Assembly: GCA_951406725.2 (NCBI GenBank)
Contig: OX597814.1
Coordinates: forward strand, 194,742,001-194,806,000
Direction of reading: 5' to 3'
Source of the DNA: Octopus vulgaris
Taxonomy: Eukaryota
DNA length: 64,000 bases
Shown here: piece after piece, positions 1-12,441 of the stretch
How the letters are laid out: each line of letters starts with the position of its first letter
How positions within the stretch are numbered: the first letter of the stretch is position 1
Program-made: the position numbers and the translations under genes
The notes under the pieces: model-generated
The model's input: only the letters and a program-made list of their open reading frames with translations
The model's database searches: none
What the model was told of the DNA's origin: nothing

Positions 1-91
1 ATCATTCATGTGTCCTCAGCGTCCAATAATACTATATTTGTTCCACGTCTTCGCGTTGTTGTATTTTCTCTTTGTGTTTTCATGTTTGGAT

Positions 92-93
<2 letters not shown>

Positions 94-145
<52 letters not shown>
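94..145. repeat. (TA)n microsatellite
   Basis: Direct read of the TA run. Confidence 0.95.
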
Positions 146-292
146 ACAATAATGACAGGCTTTCCTCTTCAAAGCCAGAAAATTCTTTGGTCCCAGCAAT
201 TATTAACCAAAACAAACCTCAGGTGAGACTCAATAAAATATTTCTCTTGTATCTGTGACACAACTACTACTACACATAGACATGCTATATTG

Positions 293-304
293 TATAATAA
301 TAAC

Positions 305-363
<59 letters not shown>
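293..363. repeat. (TAA)n microsatellite
   Basis: Direct read; it produces the poly-I and poly-L ORF artefacts. Confidence 0.95.
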
Positions 364-364
<1 letters not shown>

Positions 365-519
365 CCCATGCAAGTTTGATGTCTTGCAAAAAGCAGCTTT
401 ATTGGACACAGCACACATCTTAAGGAAAGTATTATCTGTCTGAGGTCCTTGTTCTAACTTGACAGACTAAAGACTCTGGTGCATTTTTACCTACACTGTG
501 TTATGAAGGAATGATAATA
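363..519 (+). mobile_element. 3' end of an R4/Dong-like non-LTR retrotransposon next to (TAA)n
   Basis: Encodes LQKAALLDTAHILRKVLSV*, the C-terminus typical of restriction-like-endonuclease LINEs. It sits against a TAA array, the known Dong target. Confidence 0.65.
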
Positions 520-1424
520 TAAAAAGGCCACCAGACAGATTGGTTATGGAGCCAATTTCAAATACACAACAACTTCAGGCTGTAGATGTGCTGTCTGTTT
601 CTTTACTCTTCCTCTTGTACTGCTCTACTGTAGTGGTTAATGTTCCTCTGGGACTGGCCGATCCCCATGCCACTATCATTCAGGTCCATCCACCCTCACT
701 TATCTCTCTTCCTCTCTTCACCCAAGTCCCACATAAACAATTATTTCTGGGCCTTTCTTCTCAGAATGTCATTCAACTAGAATTTCCTCCTGACCCACAC
801 CTTTCCTACACATGTTAACTTGCAGTTGTTGAAGAACATCAACTGTGCCAATCTCCCTGGTTTCAAAGACGTGCAAAAGTCAAGAGAAAAGCCTTTCCAC
901 TAGATCAAACCAAAGTCCATCCCCTCCTCACTGTGGTGGGGATGCTGGTAACGGGTAGTGTCAGAGCTATGCCGTTGGGAACTTCGATTCCTGGTAAAGC
1001 CACCCAAGGCAGATTGGTCTGACACTGAGTGGTATTAGGGCCACAACCTGGCAGACGGGGCTCTGGTGAAAATCCTTGGAGTGTCTGTTTCAGCAACCGG
1101 CGGCTCCTCGGTTGTTCTGCCCCTGCATCTGCGGCAAACAGGATGTCTCTTCATGTGGGATTGGTGGGGACCACTTGTCAAATCCACATATTCCCACGAA
1201 ACTTCCTCCATGAATTCTCAATGGCGAATACAATGCCTTGAGGGTGGTAGAAGAAGCCGACTCAACCTGCCTAGGGTGAATGTCGCCACAAGTACAAGTA
1301 AGTAAGTATCAAACCATAAATAAATAAAAAAACCCATCAGTTCCTAAATTATGTGAGGATCAGTGGCAAGGGTATAACTGAAAACAACACAATGAGATTA
1401 CTGGATAAGACAAAACATACTTAC

Positions 1425-1487
1425 ATAGCAAGCATCTTTTGACCATAAGAGATTTGTTTGTGGGAGACTTGAATCTTCTGGTTGAGA
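1425..1487 (-). CDS. GPCPD1: Probable GPCPD1-like coding exon 5 (linker); the gene continues left of the window
   Basis: ttttctgcaaattttag acceptor and TAT|gtaagt donor; 63 nt, phase 0 to 0. Open as SQPEDSSLPQTNLLWSKDACY and in phase with exon 4. Sequence similarity is weak, as expected for a variable linker. Confidence 0.65.
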
Positions 1488-1679
1488 CTAAAATTTGCAG
1501 AAAAGAAATGGGGAACACACAATAAATAACATTATATTTGGAAAGTAAAGGAAAGAAAAACTTGGTAAAATATTAATAATAATCCTAACTCACAATATGT
1601 TGGAGGCCAGAACTTTAGGATTCCGAGAAACAGGAAATTAATCAATCGTCCCTCAGAAAGGGCATCCTGTCATCCTTAC

Positions 1680-1878
1680 CTCATCTGAACTAGAGATAAC
1701 TTCATGTTTAAACAGAGATCATATTCCACATGGTCACATTTTCCACTAATGTGTCCAAAAATTCAGGCTTAAGGTTCTCTGGAAATGGCTGACATCTTTT
1801 ATGTCCAATGTCTTCCTTCTGTTCATGTAGTGCCGGCATTTTACATGCCATGTTAACTGATATTTGGCAACTCGGCAG
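1680..1878 (-). other. Candidate cassette (poison) exon inside the GPCPD1-like gene
   Basis: T-rich acceptor ending taaag and GAG|gtaagg donor; 199 nt with stops in all three frames. The phase-0 frame runs 56 codons to TAA at 1710-1708. Confidence 0.4.
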
Positions 1879-3334
1879 CTTTACGTTAAATAAGAATAAA
1901 AAATAAAAATACAATTGAGTATGGAAGTATAGACTTTAGCTTATAAGCTCAGTAGCGTCCACAGTTTATAATGAATGCAAAATAGACAAATCATGTTTCA
2001 TGTTAAACGTTAAAGTTAACGAGTTTTACACATTGTTTTCATAATTCACAGCAATTTGTTTTTAGTTTTCTTTTAGATGACTGGTCACTATGGAAGATGC
2101 CTCAATTAATCATTAATCCTCTCTTTTTTGAGAATGAAACTAATTTAGAAACACTGTTTTTTTTTTTTGGTATATACATCACAATCCAAATTTACCTTTT
2201 AATTGCATTTAATATGGTATACATGGAAAAGAGGAAAAATGTTATTTAAAAAGAAATGATCTGTAGGTTAGCTTAACAAGAAAGATATTGCCTAAACAGA
2301 ATAAAATTACAACAAAACCTAAAATGGAATGACCGTTATGATATATTTTGGTGAAAATTTAGTCAATGTTTTCCTTCATTTTCATGAATCTTTGCTTCAA
2401 TTACGCAGTGTTTACGGTACATGGGATGTGTATGGCCTGATGGAAAATAATAGACGTCAAGAGGCAGAGTTCAGGCACTGAAGATGCAAAGAAAAACGCA
2501 CATTTCCTCATTCCACATCAACTCTCCCTGTGATAAATGCCTCCCTATTCTTCTATACCATCCTTGGCCTAAACATCCACTTTGGGCACTGGTACCCTTT
2601 GCACCCATCAGGATGCGAAGAGGTTCAATCATTGGTTACAGATCTACTACTTAGCTATAAGTTAATACTAACTGTGCATAGCATTATGTCTCACTACCAT
2701 AGTTAAATAAGATCTCTCACCATTTCCATTTGGAAACTCTAAATTCCATGCTACCATTTCCTCAACTACTCAGTTAGTTCTCTCTTACTGTCACTGTAGA
2801 TTTTTCAATGCAATCAAGGCTCTTTCTGATCCACATTCTATTAACATCAGTGACTGGTTGGATCTATCTATTTTTTATACTCTTCTTTCACTACATTACT
2901 ACCTGATCAACAATAACGTCTAACCATATTCCTCCTTACTGACCAATGGCTTGTGAGTGGATTTTCTAGACGGAAACTGAAAGAAGCCTGTCATTTGCTT
3001 GTGTGTGTGTACATGCATATGTATTCCACCACTACTTGACAACCAGTGTAGGTGTGTTTATATCCCCATAACTTAGCAGTTCAGTAAAAGAAACTGACAG
3101 AAGTACCAGGCTTAAAAAAAGTCTTGGGGGGTCAATTCATTCAACTAAGAAATCTTCAAGATGGTGCTCCAGCATGGCCACAGTCTAATGACTAAAACAA
3201 ATAGAAGATAAAAGATACAGAAGCTTATGCTGAACACCAACTACATCAACTTCACCGGTCTGAAAGTGTAGCTGATGAAAGTTGGGACGGATATTCTAAC
3301 CTCTGTAGAACTTCTGCTTTCTGGTTTCCTTTTT

Positions 3335-3637
3335 GTTTGTTCCTTCTCAAGCCATGCCTGGCTCATAAGGGCCGGTTTCCCGGCTTCCTTGGTGTATAGG
3401 TTCCTCACCTGGACGGGACGCCGGTCCGTCGCAGGTGAGCTGCAAGATGCAGGAGGAAAGAGTGAGAGAAAGTTGTGGTAAAAGAGTCAGCAGAAGTTTC
3501 GCCATTACCTTCTGCCGGAGCTACGTGGAGCTTAGGTGTTTCGCTCATAAACACACACATCGCCCGGTCTGAGATTCGAATCCGCGATCCCTCAACCACA
3601 AGCCCGCTGCTCTAACCACTAGGTCATGTGCCTCCAC
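3335..3637 (-). mobile_element. tRNA-derived SINE with V-domain-like core (family D); other copies at about 58667-58972(+) and 63741-64000(-), variants at 45184-45428, 60156-60466 and 37545-37731
   Basis: A box TGACCTAGTGG, B-box-like GGATTCGAATC, core CTGCGACGGACCGGCGTCCCGTCCAGG and an AAC-rich tail. Copies are highly similar. Confidence 0.8.
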
Positions 3638-4684
3638 TTTCTCGTTTCCTGCTTATATTACAATGAATTTATTAGTCTATATATTGGGGGTAGTGTTTTC
3701 TAAGTACATTATAGGCACAGGTATGGCTGTGTGGTTAAGAAGTTAGCCTTACAATCACATGGTCTTAGGTTCAAGCCTCCTGTACAGCACCTTCACACTT
3801 CGGAAAGGGTCTTCTACTATTGACCAAGGCCAACTAATAATTTTACAGAGAAATTGGTAGATGGAAAGTGCATGGAGGGCCATAAGGTGTACGTGTATGC
3901 ATGCAAACAATGCAAACACATGTTACTTCCATATTTGTGAAACTGTCATTTCAAATCTTTCACATAAGATTGTTTGAGTGAAAAAAGAAAAAAAAAACAT
4001 GGATGGTGTTGCCATGTTTACATTTCTGGCAAACATTACGTGCTGCAGCTCTGTGCTCTGAAAGTACTGGAATAAAAAAAAACCCTTTCTCATGACACAG
4101 ATAAGGGTTGGCCAAAAGAAGAGCATCCAGCTGCAAAATACTGCCTGGAATGAGTACCTCTCTAACTGATGCAGGCATAGAAAAACAGACGTGAAACAAA
4201 TGAATGAATAATCTGTAACATTTGGCAACTTCACACCAAAACCCATACTGTGCAAGATACTAGTAGATCCAGTTACTTAATTCACTAGTGTAATATTGGT
4301 TTCGAGTTTTGGCACAAGGCCAGCAATTTCTGGGGAGTAGGTAAGTCAATTACATTAACCTTAGTGCTCAACGGGTGCTTATTTTATTGACCCTGAAATG
4401 ATGAAAAACAGAGTTGACCCCAGCAGTGTTTGAACCCAGAACATAAAGATGGAAGAAATACTGTTAAGCATTTTGGCTGAAGTACTAACAATTCTACCAG
4501 CTTACTACCATAATTTACTAATGTAATATTGACTATCATCTCATTCTCTTCTGAAATAAATTAATAACATATGAAATAAAGAAAAGAATTTGAACAAAAA
4601 TGATCATTAATGATTAATTAAAACTAAAAACAAATGAAACCAATTTTTATATTGGCTTCACTGGAGACATTGGAGCTGAAATTT

Positions 4685-5523
4685 GGGATCTTTTCAGTTT
4701 GAACGGCAGTTTCTTAAAATAATTTCCACATAGGCGCAGGAGTGGCTGTGTGGTAAGTAGCTTGCTAACCAACCACATGGTTCCGGGTTCAGTCCCACTG
4801 CGTGGCATCTTGGGCAAGTGTCTTCTGCTATAGCCCCAGGCCGACCAATGCCTTGTGAGTGGATTTGGTAGATGGAAACTGAAAGAAGCCTGTCGTATAT
4901 ATGTATATGTATATATATGTATGTGTGTGTGTGTGTTTGTGTGTCTGTGTTTGTCCCCCTAGCATTGCTTGACAACCGATGCTGGTGTGTTTACGTCCCC
5001 GTAACTTAGCGGTTCGGCAAAAGAGGCTGATAGAATAAGTACTGGGCTTACAAAGAATAAGTCCCAGGGTCGATTTGCTTGACTAAAGGCGGTGCTCCAG
5101 CATGGCTGCAGTCAAATGACTGAAACAAGTAAAAGAGTAAAGAGTAAGAGTATAACTAAACACTTTTAAACTTCGTATACTGGTAGAATGTGTTTATAAA
5201 ACATCTTTTTCTCTTGGCTTTATTGAGAAAATTCTATAGTTTGTAAGATATTTGTTTTTTTTTTGTTCAATTTCTGCAATTTCAACCAATCAATGACGTC
5301 TATTGAGGTAAAAAAAAAAACATTCTGTGCCGTATGAATATGTCCCTCGTTTAAGAAACAGATTGGGTTTATTTACATTTGTGAAGAAAAAAAGATACCC
5401 TTCCCCCACCCCTAACTCTAAAAGAGATTGAAATGCAATAGATTGATACTAGGGTCATAATTATGGGTGACAATTTCATATGACACCGCTAGAAAAAACT
5501 GCCGTTCAAACCGAAAAGATCCG
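4685..5523. mobile_element. Non-autonomous DNA transposon (MITE) with about 28-bp TIRs, interrupted by a SINE
   Basis: Ends are GGGATCTTTTCAGTTTGAACGGCAGTTT and AAACTGCCGTTCAAACCGAAAAGATCC. An uninterrupted relative lies in the opposite orientation at 46244-46529. Confidence 0.8.
4733..5150 (+). mobile_element. tRNA-derived SINE family A with internal (TA)n(TG)n; many copies (e.g. 8853-9295, 15410-15825, 29479-29877, 49591-49996)
   Basis: Head GGCGCAGGAGTGGCTGTGTGG...GGGTTCAGTCCC with A/B boxes, CORE-like TTGGGCAAGTGTCTT and a (GTAAAAGA)n tail. Repeated throughout the window on both strands. Confidence 0.85.
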
Positions 5524-6386
5524 AAACTTGGTTTCAGAAACAATTGTTAGTTTTAACATACAGCAACTCCTTTTTAACAGATCATGAGAAATGCTTGTGA
5601 GGTATGAATCCAGCATCTAAAATTGATAGGGATTTTAAAAGAATCTATAAAATATGGTGAAAATTTGATTTCTGAGAAAGTGTGATGAAATGACTTTGAA
5701 GACATGCTGACAGAACACAGAAAAGAGTCTCTTCGATGGGTCAATGAGACAACCTATAAATTATAACCTATAAAATAATAAAATTCAATAATTCATTAAT
5801 ATAAACTGTACTGCAAACTAGCATAGTTTACCATCCATTTTGAAAGGAAAGAAAATTCAGAAAAATAATTATTCACATTGAAATGTAATTAGTTTGTTTC
5901 AGGGGAGCAAGTAAGTCAATTACATCAACCTTAGTGCTCAACTGGTGTTTATTTTATTGACCCTAAAATGATGAAAAGCAGAGTTGACCTCAGCAGTGTT
6001 TGAGCCCAGAACATAAAGATCGAAGCATTTCAAATACTTGAGGACAATGTTTAAATTTGACAAATTAGTAGAAAATTTAGTTAAGATATTCAATTAACAA
6101 ATAAAATGTCATTTGATGCACTGTAAATTATTATTGCACTTCCTATACAAAATTCTACTGGGATCCACTATTGAATGTTGCTCCCATATCTAGTGGGGTT
6201 GCTTCTACACATACTCACACACAAACATCTTAGACTGCATCTATAGAAAGTCTCTATGGATCAAAGACATGCCATTTCCTATCTCTGCCATTTTCACTTT
6301 TTACTACAACTACAGAAGACTCTGCTCCTCAGAGCTGATTGGCTGATCTCATGCTGCTGCTGCCGCTTTCCTTGTCCTTACTGCTA

Positions 6387-6989
6387 CCTATTTCTTTACT
6401 ATCCACAAGGGGCTAAACACAGAGAGGACAAACAAGGACAGACACATGGATTAAGTCGATTATATCGACCCCAGTGCATAACTGGTACTTATTTAATCGA
6501 GCCTGAAAGGATGAAAGGCAAAGTCGACCTCGGCGGAATTTGAACTCGGAACGTAGCGGCAGATGAAATACCTATTTCTTTACTATCCGCAAGAGGCTAA
6601 ACACAGAGGGGACAAACAAGGACAGACACATGGATTAAGTCGATTATATCGACCCCAGTGCATAACTGGTACTTATTTAATCGAGCCTGAAAGGATGAAA
6701 GGCAAAGTCGACCTCGGCGGAATTTGAATTCAGAACGTAGCGGCCGATGAAATACCTATTTCTTTACTACCCACAAGGGACTAAACACAGAGGGGACAAA
6801 CAAGGACAGACAAACGGATTAAGTCAATTATATTGACCCCAGTGCATAACTAGTGCTTATCTAATCGACCCCGAAAGGATGAAAGGCAAAGTCGACTTCG
6901 GCGGAATTTGAACTCAGAATGTAATGGCAGATGAAATATGGCTATGCATTTCGCCCGGCGTGCTAACGTTTCTGCCAGCTCGCCACCTT
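6387..6989 (-). mobile_element. SINE family B, three-unit head-to-tail concatemer
   Basis: One tRNA-like head (GGCGAGCTGGCAGAA...GAGTTCAAATTCC) plus three units of about 184 bp, each with core GCCTTTCATCCTTTCGGGGTCGAT...AAGTACCAG. Confidence 0.85.
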
Positions 6990-8392
6990 ATGTTCAACCT
7001 TGCCAGCTCTGTGTCAGCCACAACACCCAGTTCTTTCTCACCAAAATGTCCTTCCTTGCAATTGGTGACTTATGCGGAAGCACTAACCACATTGATCTCA
7101 TTGGCATTGGAAGACCTGTGAAAGAACAACAAAAACTCAAGAAGTTTGGCTGACAGGCAAGCTTCCCTAAGTCAACATTTTATAACCAACCACTGTGCAA
7201 TGACTTCCAAATATCTCTTTTGCTGCATCTACAAAAGTTTCCACTCTTAAAAAGCTATATACCACCTGTTTTTGCAATGTCTCTACTGTGTCTCTCTCTC
7301 TTCCACACACACCAAACATTTGACTTAAGCCTTTCTCCAAAAGCTACAACCCTCAAGAAGTCCTTCCCAGCCATGTTTTCCCTCCAGATATCAACACAGA
7401 GAAGTTTCAGCTAAACACCAACTACATCAACCACAAAAATCTACAAACACTGGCTTCTTAATATTAGAATAGATAGAACTTCTGCCTTCTGGTTCTTCTA
7501 ATATTTATTCCTCTAATATTAACTGATGTTTCTTTTCTACTCTAGGCATAAAGCCTGAAATATTTGGGGAGGGGGTCTTTAATTTATTGACCCCCAAAAG
7601 GATGAAAGGCAAAGTCGACCTCGGCAGAATTTGAACTCAGAATGTAAAGACAGACGAAATACCACTAAGCATTTCAACCAGTGTGCTAACGTTACTGCCA
7701 GCTTGCTGCCTTAGATATTTTTTTCTACTCTGGGCACAAGGCCCAAAAGACTTTGGAGAGGAGGCCAATTGATTTGATCGACCACAATACACAACTGGTA
7801 CTTAGTTTATCGACCCTGAAAGGATGAAAGGCAAAGTTGACTGCAGCAGAATTTGAACTCAGAATGTAAAGACAAATGAAATGCCACTTAACATTTCGTC
7901 CAGCATGCTAACATTTCTGCCAGCTTACTGCCTTAGATATTCTTTTCTACTCTAGGCACAAGGTCCAAAAGTTTTGGAGGAGGGGGCCAGTTGTATTCCT
8001 GGAGATATTCAAGACATCTTTCAACATATGAAGACTTTCAGGTCATTTTTGCATTCTCTATACATTTTACAATAGTCCAGGAAACATGAAGATTTATATC
8101 CTGTCTTTGAGATATTTAGAGAAATTTTATCTACACTAACTATGACAACCTGTTCTGGTAAGAACTCAAGAGTTAACATTACATGTACAAGTGTTTCTAT
8201 AAATGGATTATTTAAAAAAAAAACTGAGACACTGAGAAGTGGGAAGTTTTGAACTGTCAACTATCATGTGACATATTATAGCAATTCACTGGAAATATTT
8301 AGGAACTGAATATCTTTGCTGCAAGAAGACAGCTGATATACAGTGTCATTGAAAGCTGGTTTGTATAATGACAAATAAAGGGGTTTTGATGA

Positions 8393-8607
8393 TTAACTCT
8401 TTCGTTACCAAACCAGCTGAAACTGGCTCTGGTGCTGAGTACAAATGTCTTGTTTTCATAAGTTTTGAATTAAATTCTTCCAGCAAACCTTAGTCACAAT
8501 TTATGTTCCTAATACTAGCTGAATGATAACTAAATTCTTTGTTATATTTAAAGTAATTGAAAGAAACACAGAGCATCTCAAAATAAATACAGTAATGAAA
8601 GGGTGAA
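8393..8607. mobile_element. piggyBac-like MITE of about 230 bp; other copies at 17254-17482, 17495-17695 (partial) and 30149-30379
   Basis: Family termini TTAA-CCCTTTCGTTAC...GTAACAAAAGGG-TTAA with TTAA target duplication, clearest in the 17254 copy. Confidence 0.8.
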
Positions 8608-9035
8608 TCAGAGGAGGAAAGGCAGTGTCTATGATCTTTAGTTACACCTCCAAGACTGATGAAGAGGGGATGGAGAAAGAAACCACAGCTACTGGGCTAT
8701 CTCCACGTGGGAGAGCTGGTCCTGTGTGAGGTGAACTCAGCTCAGGTGGTGGTGTTGACTCGGGTGATAGGTAAAAATCTATCGTTTAAGGATTTGACTT
8801 CAAACACAAAAGGTCATACAGATAGCTCTATATTAATGAATCCTTCATCATAGGCGCAGGAGTGGCTGTGTGGAAAGTCGCTTGCTTACCAACCACATGG
8901 TTCCGGGTTCAGTCCCACTGCATGGCTCCTTGGGCATGTGTCTTCTACTATAGACTCAGGCCGACCAAAGCCTTGTAAGTGGATTTGGCTGATGGAAACT
9001 GAAAGAAGCTCGTTGTATATATATATATGTATGTA

Positions 9036-9074
<39 letters not shown>

Positions 9075-9890
9075 TTGCGTGTCTGTGTTTGTCCCCCCCC
9101 CACACCATCGCTTGACAACCGATGTTGGTGTGTTGACGTCCCCGTAACTTAGCAGTTCAGCAAAAGAGACCGATAGAATAAATACTGGGCTTTCAAAGAA
9201 TAAATCCTGGGGGCAGGTCGATTTGTTCAACTAATGGTGGTGCTCCAGTATAGTTCGCAGACAAATGACTCCCACAAATAAAAGAGTAAAAGAAAAAGAA
9301 CCATTTAACGCCCGTCATCCATGCTGGCATGGGTTGGACAGTTTGACCAGGGCTGGCAAGCTGGAAAGCTGCACCAAACTCCTGTCTGTTTTGGCATAGT
9401 TTTTACGGCTGGATGCCCTTCCTAATGCCAACCACTCCGAGAGTGTAATGAATGTATCATAATTCATGTATCATAATTAAGAATGTGGAGTATTAACAAA
9501 GGGGATGCTTTATTAATTCTTTAGTAATCATTTTTTGAATAACATGTAAAGACAAGTTATCTAGATGAGGGTTTACGGTCAGTTGGCTTGGACCTAGTAT
9601 TACCAGTAATTTATTTTATCAGCTTTGGATAAATGAAATGGAATAGCTATTCTGGAAGATTTGAAATAAAAATTTGAACGGATGAAACTGTACGCTAACT
9701 TAATAAATATTTGAATAGAAATTAAAATAACAAGTAACAAATTGTGTTATTTGAGAATCATAAATAACAAATTGTATGGTTAAGCAACAACAAAAAAAAA
9801 TAAATAAATGGAGGAAACTAATAAAAGTAAAAATGAAAAATAAAAAGATGAGCAAGCTAAATATTTAAAATATGTTTTTTATGAAATTAC

Positions 9891-10024
9891 CATTTCAAGA
9901 GGAACACATTTAACCGAAGTTAGCTTCAAGTCATTTTGGTGCAGCTGGATGGATTGTGGCAAAATAGTTAATTTCAAATCAGTTTGAACGGTCAACCAGC
10001 CACTATTGGAACAGCTGGTGCCAT
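9891..10024 (-). CDS. GPCPD1: GPCPD1-like coding exon 4
   Basis: cctttcag acceptor and ATG|gtaatt donor; 134 nt, phase 1 to 0. Encodes (D)GTSCSNSGWLTVQTDLKLTILPQSIQLHQNDLKLTSVKCVPLEM, matching the GPCPD1 SGWLTCQTEIRL motif. Confidence 0.85.
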
Positions 10025-10394
10025 CTGAAAGGAAAGAAAAAGAAGAATTTCAAGAGATGTATTTTGTGAAATAAAAAAAAATGTCTACCTTGAATCTAGA
10101 AACTCATAAAGCTGGAGCTTATCTGAGTTTTTAAGTAATTGAAAGAAACACAGAGCATCTTAAAATAAATACAGTAATGAAAGGGTGAATCAGAGGAAGA
10201 AAGGCAGTGTCTATGATCTTTAGTTGCGCCTCCAAGACTGATGAAGAGGGGATGGAGAAAGAAACCACAGCTACAGGGCTATCTCCACGTGGGAGAGCTG
10301 GTTCTGTGTGAGGTGAACTCAGCTCAGGTGGTGGTGTTGACTCAAGTGATAGGTAAAAATCTATACAGCCAAGAATCATGACACTCCATGGTTA

Positions 10395-10650
10395 CAGTGG
10401 CAGTAAGCTCAAAAATGACATAGGAACGTAGTGATGTGCAGCACTGAAGAGTTATTATGAATTAACACGGAAAATAAATAAAAATAGATGCCAAAATAAT
10501 TATATTTAGGAGGATAAAGAAATAAATTCAATCAAAATATTTGAACACGATTAAATTCAAAGTTCTGTTCAATGATAAAATAATCACAACTACAAAATAT
10601 TGTCTGTTTTCTTAACATATTCCTATGTCATTTTTGAGCTACTGCCATTG
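10395..10650. mobile_element. Small MITE-like element with about 31-bp terminal inverted repeats
   Basis: CAGTGGCAGTAAGCTCAAAAATGACATAGGAA at the left end and TTCCTATGTCATTTTTGAGCTACTGCCATTG at the right, with an AT-rich interior. Confidence 0.6.
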
Positions 10651-11069
10651 AGGGTTCTGGTTTTCAGCTGAATGAACTGGTGCAATAGACAATGAAGAGC
10701 CTTGCTGAAGAACATAACATACTACTTGGTTTGGGAATTGAACTCAAGGTCTAATGATGACGAACTTAACACCTTAACTACTAGGCTGCATGCCTTTATG
10801 TTTAATGACACGTCATATGAAATCATCATCATCATCATCGTTTAACGTCCGCTTTCCATGCTAGCATGGGTTGGACGATTTTGACTGAGGGCTGGCGAAC
10901 CAGATGGCTGCACCAGGCTTCAATCTTGATTTGGCAGAGTTTCTACAGTTGGATGCCCTTCCTAATGCCAACCACTCCGAGAGTGTAGTGGGTGCTTTTT
11001 ACGTGCCGCCAGCACCATATTGACTAAAATTTCATTCTCTTCTGAAAACAGCAAATAACAGATCTGTAT

Positions 11070-11300
11070 TAGGGAGTCTAGGACATTTACCCCTCCCCCC
11101 ATGGACAATAAATCCCTAAAGACAATTACCCCTGAGGACAACAGATGAGGCTTTAAAACTTAATATATTGGAGAGGGGGTAATTAACCAAACTAAGTGAA
11201 TTTCCAAGGGGGTAGTTGTTGTTGGAGGGGAATTGTCCTAGGGGGTAGTTGTTGTTAGAGGGGAATTGTCCTATGGGGGGTGGGGGTATTTATCCTGATA
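11070..11300. repeat. Foldback-type element with subterminal GGACAATTACCCC / GGGGAATTGTCC repeats
   Basis: C-rich motif repeats on the left mirrored by G-rich complements on the right. Confidence 0.5.
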
Positions 11301-12393
11301 CAGTTATGGGTGGAGGTAGTCATCAATGGTAACTGTAGTATCATCATCTTCATTGCTTTAATGTCCATTTTTCTGTGCTTGCATGGATCAGATGGAATTT
11401 GCCATGGCAGATTTTTGCTTTTTACAGCTGTTTTTACAGCTGAATGTTCTTCCTGTCACCAACCATCACCTGTTTCCAAGCAAGTTAATATTTCCCCGTG
11501 GACAGACAAGTTTTCACAGACTATTCAAAATGAATGACACTGCTTGAATGACAGTGACACACCAGCACATAATATCAAGTCAAGGGTACACACACACACA
11601 CACACGTGTTTGGGCTTCTCTTTCAGTTTATGCTTACCAAATCTAGTGACAAGGCCTTGGTTGGCCCTGAGCTATAGCAGAAGACACTTGCCCAAGGTGT
11701 TACACAGTGGGACTGAACTTGACACCATATGGTTGGAAAGCAAGCTTCTCAATCACACATCCACCAATGTGCCACCTCATTTTCACATGGTGTGATAGTT
11801 GTAAATGAGTGTCACCAACATAAAAGCAGTGTTGTTTATGTCTTATTATGGGGAAATATAACCTTGCTAGGAAATAAGTGAAGGCTGGTGACAAGAAAGG
11901 CATCTGGATATAGAAAACCTGCCTCAATAAACTCTGTCTGACCCATACAAGCATGGAAAAGTAGACATTAAAACATTCTTCATAGAATTCAGTCCTTTAT
12001 CTTTCTGGTGTCTTTGGGGAAATAACAATCATCAAAACCTTTTAATATTACTGCAGCTATACACCTGACACATAAGGCTGGCTCAAAGTACCGGTAACTT
12101 GGGCAGTTGCCCAGGGCACCATGTACTTTTTAATCTACATTTTCAGTTTTTCTTCTTGTGAAAGTTTTAAAAAATTATACTTGTAAGGGCGCTGAAGTTC
12201 AGCTTGCCCAGGGCACCAGCAACCCTAGACCTGGCCCTGCCGACACATTGCACTTATGTAAGACAGCAAGAATAATCTTTTGGTAACTCACATCGAGATA
12301 AACTGATTAGCAATAATTAACAACAAACATAGCCTTGCGCCAGCATTTGAAACCAATAATTGCCAACAGTAAGAATAGCAAAATTTAACTTAC

Positions 12394-12441
12394 CAATGAT
12401 ACCAAATTGGTCACAGAATCTTACATGCTGGGAAGAATCAT
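12394..12441 (-). CDS. GPCPD1: GPCPD1-like coding exon 3
   Basis: cttttcag acceptor and TTG|gtaag donor; 48 nt, phase 1 to 1. Encodes (D)DSSQHVRFCDQFGII, compare the GPCPD1 DGQFGI motif. Confidence 0.82.

Noticed and set aside
7042-7115. Strong minus-strand acceptor ttctttcacag with a gtgaga donor inside intron 4
   Set aside because: The required phase-0 frame stops after 5 codons, and the region resembles decayed repeat sequence shared with about 3230.
8656-8685. CTGATGA...GAAAC hammerhead-like spacing (also at 10237)
   Set aside because: The intervening purine run cannot form stem II, and there is no stem I or III.
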